64,000 nucleotides of DNA, taken from assembly GCA_030295235.1 (NCBI GenBank), contig AP026131.1:806001-870000 (forward strand), in the 5' to 3' direction. Within the stretch, counting starts at the first letter, position 1. Every line of letters begins with the position of its first letter. The DNA is from Fistulifera solaris. Taxonomy: Eukaryota. The notes under the pieces are model-generated. The model worked only from the letters and a program-made list of their open reading frames with translations, had not been told where the DNA came from and made no database searches. This document shows positions 49,647-61,427 of the stretch, piece by piece. Made by a program: the position numbers and the translations under genes.

Positions 49647-50231
49647 CTACGACTCACCGTACTTGTCTCGAAACGTCGAGATGGAAGTCCCCGACTTTGC
49701 TGCAGCGGCGTTCACTTGCGGTTTCCAATTGGGGTCATTTTCACGCACATACTTGTCGGCTTGAATTTGGGCTGCGGTACGTTTCCGCGCTTCACGGGCT
49801 TCTTGCTTTTCCCGTTCTAATTTCTGTTCCGCCAGCAGACGTGCTTTTTGTTTCTCGGTCAACGGTGCCTGTGAGGTGTTCGTGGTAGCTGCTTTCGGAA
49901 CGAGCACGGAAACACGTTGAAATGCACCAGCAATTAATGCCACAACGCTATCGAGTCCTTCAGGGACTGTAGTGACTTTCAGCATATCTTCATTCTCCAC
50001 GGTCATTCGAGAAAAACCGGCAACTTGTGTCAACAGCATCATGATGGTGGGATACCGAGTCAAGTTATGAATTTTAGCATTTCCTAGACGCAATGATCGG
50101 AACTTTTCATCATCCTCGGTCGCGAGATTGTGTAAAATGGTTTGCAACATTTTTAGAATATTCGACTTTTCGCTTGCGCTGACATTCACGTCATGCTCAA
50201 ATGTAGTAATCAAGGCAGCCGCTTGAGTCAT
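49647..50231 (-). CDS. PUB-domain protein
   Basis: L..IL.N....EKFRSLRLGNAKI...L...AGF pattern followed by a coiled coil. Confidence 0.75.
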   Translation of the reverse strand: MTQAAALITTFEHDVNVSASEKSNILKMLQTILHNLATEDDEKFRSLRLGNAKIHNLTRYPTIMMLLTQVAGFSRMTVENEDMLKVTTVPEGLDSVVALIAGAFQRVSVLVPKAATTNTSQAPLTEKQKARLLAEQKLEREKQEAREARKRTAAQIQADKYVRENDPNWKPQVNAAAAKSGTSISTFRDKYGES

Positions 50232-51245
50232 CCGGGTAGTAAAGGAAACGGGAAATAGGCTCTAGCAACGATGAAAATGATACCACCAGCGGCAAATAAA
50301 AGGTTGATGCCTTCAACTGAAGAATTAGAACACCCTCACCACGTCGTTTCGTTTTGATGCGAAAGGTAGAAAAGTAGTGCGTTGCATGTTGCATTGCTCC
50401 GAAATTCCGACGTGACGCGGAAAGAAGAAGAACGGGGATGAATGAACATGCTGACGTCAACTATAAAAAATGTAGTAAGAGTTTTTGAGTCACAGACCTC
50501 ATTTTGGTCACGAGTTTAAAACAGGGTCCAGTCTGTCCGTGCGTCCTGAAGTTCGTTTTTGATACGCGCTCCGACATGTCGCAACAAGGAAGTATCGCTC
50601 CGAAGGTTAGAATACTTATTTGTCTTACACTGGCCTTATTTCTACTTTGAAGAGCTACTGTTGCAAAACGTCAATTTTTGCTCCAAAATGCAAGGGGGTT
50701 GCCCATGATTTTTGGCCCATTTTTTTGCGCCCACTTCATTCGATCGCAATCATCGATTTTGGGACGAGAAACCTTTCGTCGCATGGCGTTTTTTTGATAA
50801 ATGTCATCACTCTTCATCAATTAGATGGTATAACGACGAAAATTACGCAAAAGGCGTTCAATTTACTGTTAAATACTGCATGATTTGACGCTCTTGCGGT
50901 CAATACGTCGCGACCGACGCCCGTTGTTGTGACAATGATCGCACGAATAATAGTCGACTCGCGTGGTTTATCATCAATCGTCAATCATCGATCATCCAGG
51001 CATCCCAAACATGTTTTCTTTTCACCATCTACGTAGAGGTGGCCGTCATCGACGATCAGTCAATCATGGTTAGATCAAATAATACAAATAGGTGTTTGTC
51101 GTTTATGCCAGAAATACCCGGAGTGGATCGAACATGGGCGAAGCGGAGTGCAACAGGGATGATAGCCGTGGTTCCGCTTGAAGATGGGAGCAGCAAGGGT
51201 TTCTCCCGGTTAGCACGTTTTCGCCCTCCGAAGTCAAACCAGGTT

Positions 51246-51720
51246 TTACTTTGTGTTCGCGTTGCAGAGAGAACAAATACCCGATACCCGTACACCCAAT
51301 CGTCCAGACATCGATGGTGGAAATTCTTGCGAAACAAATAGACACTCCTGCCTCGGAATCGATTCAAAAAAACATTCGTTAACAGGAGAGGTCGATGTTG
51401 GAGCGTGAAGCGTTTGGTTATCTAGCCGGATCGTCACAGAAGAATTTCGACGTTTCAGTACGGACGGCGAGTTGATGTCGTGGGGAAGTTTTTCTCGTGT
51501 CCTTCACAAAATCATTAGATTTGTCACGGAATTGGGACATGATGAACGAATGTTGTCCGTTTCTACTCGATACTAAGAGCCGCAGAAACAGATCAACCTT
51601 GTTGATCTCCGAGCAGATGCTCGCAGCATTCCGCCGAAGTCGGCAAATGCCGATAGAGCAGTCGAAATACCGAAGTCAGAGAAAAGGTTTGTTTTTCGTA
51701 TCAGTTCAATCGATACGGCT
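51246..51720 (-). pseudogene. Possible frameshifted RING-finger gene remnant
   Basis: Collinear fragments in different frames: ECFF.., VSIC, RKNFHHRCLDDW, GICSLC*. Confidence 0.3.
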
Positions 51721-52202
51721 TTCGCGCTAAGTGGATAGTTGGCGATGATAATTTACTATCAACTGCAGCAATTGCAACCGGGTCTGTGGTATCATTCTGA
51801 ATTAGAATACGAAGCGCTGTTGCATCGTGTTGGAAAAGGAAAAGAAATCAGTGACTGGGAAACTGACTGCGTACGAGCGGTTTTTTTCCGTGCGAAGAAA
51901 CGTGCGGCCATACGTCCATCGCTTGCAGAATGAGTCACGACACCTCTCGAAAGGCCCTATTCTCGCCTGGACATTTTAAGCGAATCTACTGTCGATTTAG
52001 TTGCCGAGAGGGAAACTTGAGCTAGGTCTTCCGCATGCCAGCCCCGAATCATCTCAATCCCGTTACAAACAGGAAAAGGTCTAATGTCTAATCAACTATG
52101 GAAGTCACGACTGATCTCAAAGACTGACATTAAGCAAATCACTTCAACTATGTATCGTTTACATGCAATAGGCTTATCGCCCGGTACTCTCGTTGTCTGC
52201 GC

Positions 52203-53669
52203 TTACAAACTCTTCTTCTCACCCGGGTTTCGTAGAAATTCCTGGATTGTTTCTGCCGTCACATCCGTTTGGTTGCTAACATAGTAAGCTCCGCCGTTGG
52301 GTACGTCGATAAGGGCTAAGACAGGTTCTTCCGATGGGGCACCGAGTTTCAATGTGTCTCGCAAGATAGTGACCAACCCGCCAGAAGACGTCGCCCAATA
52401 GAACCGTAAACTCTTATCATCTTTGTTATTCTCTGCAGCTGTCTGAAGCGCTTCTCGAATGTCATCTTGTTCCGAGTCATCACCAGCTTCGTGAAACACC
52501 ACCACGCATCTCTGTTGGTTGATCGCATTGCCAGCACTGTTCAAGTCGCCGTACATCTTGGGATAATACGGAAAATCCGAAATGTAATCGCCGCTTTGAA
52601 TTACATCACGGACATTGTCGCTGATGACTTCTCGTTCTGGGCTTAACATGATAAGAGCCGGAATACCCCGGACTCCCAAGCGAGCGGATAACGCCGCCTT
52701 GACTTGTCGTTCGTTGTAGGGAATTGCACCAAAGGACATGGACCCCCAATATTCATCAAAGCCTGCTTGATCGCGATCCGAACTGACAAACAGGAGCTTC
52801 ACAATACAATCAGAGAACAAAATTGGAACTTCCATACGATCAAATTCAACCCGTCGGTCACTTTTTTATAACGAAACGTACCTCGAAATCCTGACGTTGT
52901 TGTTTCCAAAGCCGTGTAGGCCTTGGAAAGAACCGGCGTGAATCGCTGACACGGTGGGCACCAATGTGCACTAAAGTAAAGCATCAGATACTTCCCATCC
53001 AATTCAGACATGGGAACAGCTTCTTTGTTCGAATCAAGATAGAAGCTGGGCAACAGATCCGCAATCGGTTGAGGTCTCCAGGGGGAAATCCTCGGCACGT
53101 GCCGACAGTTCTCCTACACCATCCAGAGTCAAAGGGAGCCGTCGGTATCCACCGCAACCAGATGAGGGATACCTTGCGCTTCGTAGCGACTCGCCAACGG
53201 ACCCATGGCCGGAGATTGGTGCGGCAAGCAGTACCAAGGCATCTCGCCGGCGTATCCTTTGTATTCCTCGGCGGTCCGATCCATCGAGCAAAAGACTATC
53301 TCAAAGTCCTCGGAGCCCGTTTGCTGCTGTTTGCGTTTTTGATAAAACTCTTTCAGCATAGGAGTGAAACGGCGGCAAGCTGCAAGAGAGGCGAAAAATG
53401 TGTAAGTGCATTCAAATCAATGCATCCTTTGCGATTATTCTTTTGCTTTCTACGTACGTCCACACCAATGCGCCGAGAAGTAAAACAAGACCTAAAGAAG
53501 AATGAGAAATTTGAGTCAAAGAGTAGCGGTTAGCTTCCCTCCCTTCCTTCATACTCACCACTTTGTTTGCTAAAATCTCGATCGGTGCAACATGTTTCTC
53601 TAACGATGGACTCCACAAAAGTGTGTCCTTTCCCAATAAGTCAATGATTTCCTGATTCGTCACTGTCAT
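52203..53669 (-). CDS. NRX: Nucleoredoxin/tryparedoxin-like protein (two active Trx domains plus a third Trx-like domain)
   Basis: FSAHWCG|PC (spliced) and FSAHWCPPC, EIVFCSMDR, GIP motifs; several introns and a frameshift. Confidence 0.92.
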
Positions 53670-54307
53670 TCTTCCTGTGATTAGCGGTCTCTAAAACTTG
53701 TTTATTGATAAGGATTGTTGTTGTTACAAAAAGCAAGAACGATCGAATATCAAATCGGCTCCATCGCATTATTGCATTTGCGAAATTGCGGCGAGCGCGA
53801 TTTAATCAGCGCACGATTGAGTTTCAGTCGTGAGACCTAATGCATTCGGGGAGCACTAGAAAAATACGGCTACGCCCAGGGGACCATACAAAATACGAAT
53901 AATTATAGTCCGCGATTTGCGGTTCCCTTCCTGAATAGGACTTGTCAACGCACCTGCTATCGTCGTTACGGACGACTTTGACGAAACAACAGCCTTAAGG
54001 TGCCGAATATCATCTGTTCGACCACGAACTAAGATAATGAAATCAAGAAGATGATCTGTATTCAACGACATCAGCATCAACATATCCGATTCCCTTCATG
54101 CCGAAATTAGCAGTAGATAAACATCTGAGCCAAAGGCGAATAGTGGCTTCTCGAGGGTAGTAGTTCATTGATTGCAATTCAGCTCTTAATCGGCTATTGG
54201 TACAAGCATTAAAAATTAGTTTCACTTACAAATTTCTTTCCTCTTACAACCTTGCTTTATCTTAGTAGTTCTACTCCAGGCAACTACCTTTTTGAAAAGC
54301 ATCACGA

Positions 54308-54967
54308 TTAGAGCTCTTCCTTTCCCGAGCCATTGTTCGCTTTCAAAACCGACTTCATCAAACTCAACGACGTAGTGCGTTCCGTTTGGAAGGCAAGATA
54401 CTCCTCTTCCATTCGCTTCTTAGTGGCCGTGTAATCTTGCTCGGAGGCAGTGAGTTCTTCGCTGACTTGTTTGATTTTCTGTTCCAATTCATTGTCGCTC
54501 ATCTGTTTATATGCTTGGAGAAGTTCCTTTTGCTCGGTTGTGCAAACGTCCTGGTTCGCCGCACTGCAGAGAGGCTTCAGATTGGTTTGTACAAATAGTT
54601 GGAGAGAATCCAAGTCGCGTTTCCCAGCGTACTTCTCCAAAGTGCCACTCGGGTCACCGTAAAAAAGCGTCGGATAACCCTTGACCCCGTACTTTTTGCA
54701 GAACGCTTGCATCGTGTCGTTGGCGGAGCATTCGACATCACCAATCACATAATAAGGATTGCTTTCGTGAGCCTTCATGAGCTCGTCCCAGGCGGGCTTC
54801 ATTTTCTTACAATGACCGCACCAAGAGGCGAAAAATTTGACAAAGACCGATTTGCCGGAAGTGACTTCATCCCAATTATCGGGGGTGAGATTCACGGCGA
54901 ACACTCCAGGGAGACGGTACAGAGCGCCGAATAGTAGCAAAACGAAATTAAAAGCGGTGACCCTCAT
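54308..54967 (-). CDS. ER single-domain thioredoxin/PDI-like protein
   Basis: Signal peptide, WCGHC, GYPT, coiled-coil tail, KEEL retention-like end. Confidence 0.92.
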   Translation of the reverse strand: MRVTAFNFVLLLFGALYRLPGVFAVNLTPDNWDEVTSGKSVFVKFFASWCGHCKKMKPAWDELMKAHESNPYYVIGDVECSANDTMQAFCKKYGVKGYPTLFYGDPSGTLEKYAGKRDLDSLQLFVQTNLKPLCSAANQDVCTTEQKELLQAYKQMSDNELEQKIKQVSEELTASEQDYTATKKRMEEEYLAFQTERTTSLSLMKSVLKANNGSGKEEL

Positions 54968-55487
54968 TGTATGTTTGGGTTGATAATGTTGATTACCTTT
55001 CGCTTATATTGCACAAATCTTTTTTTATGCTGTATCTGTCGCTGGCGGCGCAATGTATAATAAAGTACCTGCTATACAGGATTTCTGTCAATAATAATAA
55101 CCGACATATACCCACTCCCGACTCACACTTCCTGTAAATTTACTGTCTTTTTATCAATAAATTTCTTGGCTATTGTAAATTACTTGCACAGACTTTCTGT
55201 CTACCCGGTAGTCATTTTTACTCCCAGCTCACATTTCCACAAATACTCGATGCTGCGCCGCAAGCCGTAAGAATGATAAAGAGCTCAAATTGTAGAAAGG
55301 CAAAGAAGTAGAACTAGTCGCGAAGGTTGTGGTGTCCTCAAAGACATGTCAAGTTTTTGTTAGCAATCAGCATCAACGTGATATTCAACGTCGACAAATT
55401 CACATCATCAGTTGCCATTAACTCTATGAGAGGATCATACCTTACAAGAAAGATTGATTCCCACAATACCAGCCGTGTAACACGGTG

Positions 55488-56494
55488 TCATTGATTCCGA
55501 GCTCCACCGTAGCTTTCTTTCACCAGTTTGGCTGTTTCCGGAAGCCGATTTTCCCTCGCGCGCCCAACAAGTTTACTTGCCGTATACATAGCATGTTGCT
55601 CGTTTATAAATTTCCAAAGTAGCTCAAGGCTATTGAATTTTTGTCGCAACACTGATATGGACTTCAACGAAGTCGCTTCTTTTACCTGCCGTGCCGCGAT
55701 AGCGTCTTTCCCCAAACCCTTATCGGGTGATTGCAAAAATAGTAGATTGTAACCAGCGTTGTCCAATCCAAATATCCATTCAAAAATCGCCTTGGTACGG
55801 GCCATGTGAAACTGCAGGAAAAAGGCGGGCTTGTGAGAGAAACTAACGACATGAAGGCGAACGACAAGACACGCACTTTGTTGGTTATGACGAGCAAATT
55901 CCTCCACCCATTGATATCCGTATGGCTCGTCCTCGCAAAGAAAGAGTTCCCGATTGTATCAAAAGATGTTGTTTCGACGTATACATTTTTTATCAGTGAA
56001 TATTTCTCTTCCAGATAAGCAGCGCAGGAGGTGGATTCAAATATGGGCAATCCATCGGTAGAAAGTAACTGCGGTAAATGCTTTGTTCCAGCCGAAAGGC
56101 ATAATATTGGTAATGTGCTTCGATTTGATCGACGTCGTCGTGAACGGCTACCAGCGGCGGAATCGGTTATGTTCTGATGCCGTTGCACAATGGCAGCGCC
56201 ATCGTCGCATCGGCGTTGCACATATCGCGGTGGTTTATCTAGTGCCGACGGGACCCCGCCTCCCAATATAAGTACAGCATCCAACGACCGAACAATGGAG
56301 TCAGGAATTTCATCCACGCGACTGTAAAGCGATTTTTGATCAACGGAAGCTGTCGGCATTTCAATATACGAGGCCACAACTAACAGCGAAATGATGCCGA
56401 CAAACCCCATCGTGGCTGCTAAAATGCCTCGAAATGATTTGTCTGCTGCAATGCTCCCTTTGTCCTTGATTCGACGGAATCGAGAACGCGACAT
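55488..56494 (-). CDS. DUF218 (YdcF/ElyC-like) protein with N-terminal TM anchor
   Basis: VLILGGG, R, LSAG, ETTSFDTIGN, VITNK|FHMAR; intron ~55815-55876. Confidence 0.85.
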
Positions 56495-56689
56495 TTAGAT
56501 ATATTGATTACCAGTACGGTAAACACATTTGAAACAAGTTCTTGCATTGAAATGGTGTCAAAGGACAAAATAATTCAAAAGCCGACGATACCATCAGGTA
56601 CGTCTTTTACTAGTCCGTTCCTATGAATGGTATGATATCATTGTAGCCCTAATCCTAATACTATACAGGCCTATATACCTGGTAAGTTA

Positions 56690-58880
56690 CAACAACAACA
56701 TCATCATCATCACCATCGTAAAGAGCTGATACCTGGTAACGTTATATAACGTCGTCATTCCTGACCGCTCACCTCGGACCTTCGGTACAGGCTTCCGTGT
56801 TAGTTCTACGCGGCATGATCATCAACCACAAATGGGAAAAGCTACCTAATAAGCGGTCTCCGCTTGCCCATAATACCCGTCATCAATAAAAAGAGGAAGT
56901 TCAAAGTTGAACTCATGGTTAGTGAGATAATTGCTCTTAATGTGTGATACGTGATACTCTGTACGAAAGACAATGAAGTTTAAAGGAAAAAATGATTAGA
57001 GATAGTCTAAATTAGAGGTGGTTCATCATTCGTTATCACGGCAAGTGATACGTGATATGTTTAGTTGTTGATCACACTGACTGATGACTGACCGATTATT
57101 TCAGTCAATCACTGGTGATTAGTGTGCCAGGTGCCGGAGGCTGGATTTTACGCCCGTTGGAGCCTGCTGGTACCAGTAGTTGACACTTGACACTAAGGTC
57201 TTGCCCCGGGACGGATTTTGGTGATCGGGACGGGACGGGACGGGACGGGACGGGAAGGGCCTCGGACGGGACTTGTCCCGGAAATGAAAGGACATGGAAT
57301 GTACTATTTACTGGATAGTAATCGACGTATCTTAGTGACTCATCACATTGTGAGTCACTCAAGACTGGTGAGTTCTTAATGCGTCATGCGTCGTCCTTAA
57401 TAGTTCTGTGTCCCGTCCCGACGGGACGGGAAGGCTCCTTCTCGGGACATCCCGGGGCAAGACCTTACTGGTACTCGACACACAACACAAACACACACAC
57501 GATGATTTTTTTTGCAATCTTGACATTCGACTGAATTTCCATTTTTCGTCTCTTTTTTCCCATATATTTTTTTCAATCTGGCACTTCGATGAGTAGGCTT
57601 TGGTTCTAACTCAAGCTCTGATTATTATTCATTCCGGATGATAACAAAGCTGACGCCTGAATCCGAGAAACGAGAACGGAAGCTTGTTTACTTACTACTT
57701 CTTAGTCTTACTTTCTACTTTCTATTTTCTATCCGCCATACACCATTCATCATTCATCATTCGTCATTTTTGACATCTTAGAGACAAATATGAGGCTTAA
57801 ATCATTCCAGATCTGACTGTCTATGATCTGCGATCTGCGGTACTTGTCAGTTGTCCGTTGAGCATTGCGCACCAATAACACACAATAAGGACCACTTTAT
57901 TAGATATCCGTGCTCCGTGCGTGTTACGGGTTAGGGGCTAGGGGCACTGATGAGGACTGAGGACTAGGACCAGCCTGGGACCAGCGGAAACGGAAAGGGA
58001 ATCAAAGAAATCAAGAACCAATACCCAATACATATAATCCCTAATCCCTCTCAAGCTCGCTCTTAAGAATAGAGAGTAGAGAGTCTTTAGACTTTAGAGA
58101 GGTTCTAGGCTCTTGACTCTTGACTCTTGACTCTAGAGAGGTCTAGTAGAGTCTAGAGAAAGGAAAGAGGAAAGAGGATTTAGGATTTAGGATTCACGTT
58201 CCACGGATTGGTATTCACAACAGTATTCTGTGGCTAAGTAAAGATTCAAACAATCAAACATCAAACGTTACAACATTACACATTACACATAATTACTGTA
58301 CAGTGTACAGGTTTCATCCACAATCCGAGGTCCGAGATCCGAGATCGAGATCCAAGACCGAGACCTAGAGATCCATGATATCTCTGTTTCTCCGTTCTCC
58401 GGTTCTCCGCCTCCGCCTCCGCCTCCGCCTCCAACCTCCAACATCTCCGGTAACCTCAGTAAAGAGTACTCCGTATAGAGTATAGATCCCAGAGAACCAG
58501 TTACGGCGATTAGTACCAGGTTTCCAATTTCCCAATGCCAAACGACGAGGTCAAACAGTCAAACCGTCAACATGCTCAACAACTCAACAACTCAACAATA
58601 ACAAAAGAACAAGAGTCAGTTTTGCACTTGGACTTTCGACTTCGACGTTCGATGTTCGATACCTATAGCCCACAGTCAACAGTACTAGAACTTCGGACAA
58701 ATATCATTATCGTATATCGTGTCTCGTGTCTACAATATTGTCTATGGACTTCCAACTTCCAACTTAGCGATCTAGTATCTAGTTGCTTGTCGTTATGCTG
58801 TTTTGCGTCTCAACGCCGGCGCAATACGGTAAGCCGTAAGAGTTTTCAATTGGCCCTCAAATAATGCCGAATGCCGATGG
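56690..58880. repeat. 'Stutter' DNA: dense unrelated 6-8-nt (mostly 7-nt) tandem doublets and triplets
   Basis: Examples: GTGATAC x2, TTGACAC x2, GATCTGC x2, GAGGACT x2, CTTTAGA x2, CTCTTGA x3, GGATTTA x2, ACATTAC x2, CCGAGAT x2, CTTCCAA x2, ATCTAGT x2, ATGCCGA x2. Confidence 0.9.
57194..57467. mobile_element. MITE-like element with 18-bp TIR and GGGAC subterminal repeats
   Basis: TAAGGTCTTGCCCCGGGA ... TCCCGGGGCAAGACCTTA; tandem GGGAC units inside the left end and GTCCC/GGGAC units inside the right end. Confidence 0.8.
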
Positions 58881-58933
58881 GCTGATTAAATTTCGATCAG
58901 TTTATCCGCATTGTTTTTAGGACAAGAAGGACA

Positions 58934-59959
58934 ATGGAAAAGCAAACAGCCGACAAATCACGAACAAAGACCGGCCCTAAGCGCCCCATGAGCGCCTATA
59001 ATTTCTTTTTCAAAGAAGAAAAGACCAAATGGCTCAACGAAAACAAAAAGGGGGTTATGGACGACGGGCAGTCCGGTAGCCGATTCAAAGGTGCGTGCGA
59101 ACGAGTTGCCGATCGCATCTGGCTGCTAAAATTCGACTAACTATTTCATTTATTTACAGCTATGACAAATGCTGTTAGTAGTAAATGGAAGACTTTGTCG
59201 GAAGAGGAGAAAGCTCCGTTTGTGAAAATGGCCGAAGAAGCGATGAAGGAGTACCGAAAGATAAAGTCTGCATTCAATGAGAAGACCCTCGAAGATTCAA
59301 AGCTTTTGCAATCGACAAGAAAGAGGAAATCACAAGAACAACCTGGCAGCCTAGAGACAGAGATTCAGCAACGCCATAAAGCACAACCACAGCAAAGATC
59401 CATGTTCGCGGCGTCTCGACACGCCACTTCCCCGTCATCGCCGCATGTTATTTCCTCGTTGGGCCTGAACTCGGGTTTGCAACCGCAGATTGTGCGCCCA
59501 GAGACCGCCCTGCAGTTTCTTCCCTTTCTCTCCACAACGCACCCCCAACAAAGCGATCCGTTTTCCAGATTACGGTTCAACAACCCGCAAAGTGTAACCA
59601 TGCCGCCATTTCTTCCCGGTCCTAGCATCCATCAGCCACCTGTTGCTCCAACAATGCTACAGGCCCCAGCCAATACTAGCCAGGCAGCCTTACTTTTACA
59701 GCTCAATGCTCTGGAACAACAAACTTACAGAAGACAGCTCATCGACAATATGCAGCTTTTACAAACTCGTCAAGAACTTGAACTTGCTAATCGATTACGA
59801 GAGAGTAACATGTTGAGACAACTGCTCGCAAACCGTCCTTCTGACGCTGAGCTGCTCCCTAGTGGAAGCGCCGTGAGCGTATTGGAACAAATCTTGAGAA
59901 ATAACACGCCGACTTCACCCAACAACCCTGAAAATACAAGAGACAATCGACAACCCTGA
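58934..59959 (+). CDS. HMG-box transcription factor with Q/P-rich C-terminus
   Basis: PKRPMSAYNFFF...F..M...VS.KWKTLS.EEKAPF..MA....EY; intron 59091-59159. Confidence 0.93.
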
Positions 59960-60033
59960 AAATTGTTGAAATCATGAAAACACAACAATTTGCAGCGGCA
60001 TTGGAACAATGATAAGGATAGCTATCCAGCATA

Positions 60034-60857
60034 TTAGATTTCAAAGAATGTCGACGTATCCTCTTCTTCGGTAGAAATTTTCCCATCCGCATCTTCTTCG
60101 TCCTCGGCTAGACCTCTAGCACCAGCCGCGGCCAATTGGGCAGCGGCATGCAATGCCTCCTGTGCCGTGGTTACACCCAATGGATTGTGTACGAGGGCGG
60201 CAGAAACATTCGATTTGCCGAACGATTCTGCCGCAGCTACCGCCGCTTCAATCGCTGCTGGGTCGAGATGCACGGTTGGGTCTTCTTCCTGCTTCATATT
60301 TTCCAGCATTCTCTTGTTTTCTCGTCGATATCTCATGCGGCGCCATATATTCTTCCGTAGCAACCAGTCGTGTCCTTCACGGCCCTTAACGTACTTTTGA
60401 TTGTACTGCATAACAGAACGAAATGAGTCGATCATAGCTGCACACCGTTGTGTGAGGCACGCCGATGACTTAAACTTACCACGAATTCTTCTCCGTCTTT
60501 CAATTCCATCCATACTCGATAAGATCGTGTCGCTTCTACGGCTGGCCCGTCCATTTCACTGGCCACCTGCTCATCGGATAGAGGGTGAGCAGTGATTCGG
60601 TGTCTTTTCTTAGAGGGATTACGTTTTGCACGAGCTTGTTTCAAGACAGTATGATCCCGGATGTTATTTCGTCGTGCGATCATGATGCGTCTCATGAGCC
60701 GCTCTTCGTCGTCTTCTTGGCCCTTTACAAATTCGCGACACGCGTATCGCAAGCGCTCTCCTATTTCAAGCTGCTCCCATTTGATGAACGTTGGAGACTG
60801 TCGGATAACAAACTCATCAAAATCGTTAGGCCGAGGACCCATTCTTGGACCGGGCAT
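60034..60857 (-). CDS. Hypothetical protein with two copies of a basic ~45-aa domain
   Basis: Two exons (intron 60406-60479); internal repeat W..L..GE...Y....VKG....(E/D)..L.(R/K).I...R. Confidence 0.75.
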
Positions 60858-61427
60858 GTTTTTAAAATATATACAAGCTTGTGTTAACTCGTAGGGTGAT
60901 TGAGTGAAAGAGCCTGCCGTGAATAAAGCAAAAGACGAAGTCAGACATGGTGCTAAACGAATAAGGCTTACAATGCGCAACGAACAGCGCGCCTTTCTCA
61001 TTAATGTCATTCGATGCGATTTCAAATTTCAAATTCTTCAAAAGGTTATCAGTTTGGTTATTAGTCTTACCTTGTATTAGGTTCTCGGTCAATGGTCTTG
61101 AACTGTTTGCATTTGCGAAGAGGTCATCGCAAAATTTCTCCACCGCGCTGCTCAAAATTCGCGTAACGCTGCTGACGGTGACTTTTTATTTTGTACTGTA
61201 TGTTTTTTAGCATTCGAATGAATCACAACGGACGTCGCAGCAGCAATCATCTGTCGTAACACAAAAGGTCCTCGGGGCTTGTAGCTCACCCATTAGCAAC
61301 CTACCAGGTAAGGTTCTCATTGTAGCTTATTGTATCGCAACGAAAAGTATTACAGGTAAGTTACCTGGTACTACAGAGTAGTATTAAATCATCAAAATCA
61401 ATGTAGCTATTTCATTCTTCATTTTGT

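Noticed and set aside
54308..54967. Selenoprotein PDI-like gene
   Set aside because: The first active-site residue is encoded by TGC (Cys), not TGA; the nucleoredoxin sites are also Cys.
52203..54967. Redox gene cluster (nucleoredoxin next to PDI-like)
   Set aside because: Different predicted compartments and a large gene family; adjacency may be coincidental.
58535..58864. 109-aa ORF (and 57105-57596 ORFs) in the stutter region
   Set aside because: By-products of microduplicated or MITE sequence; no protein-like features.
58934..59959. HMG-box gene as a mating-type determinant
   Set aside because: HMG-box genes are numerous in diatoms, and nothing in the window indicates sex linkage.
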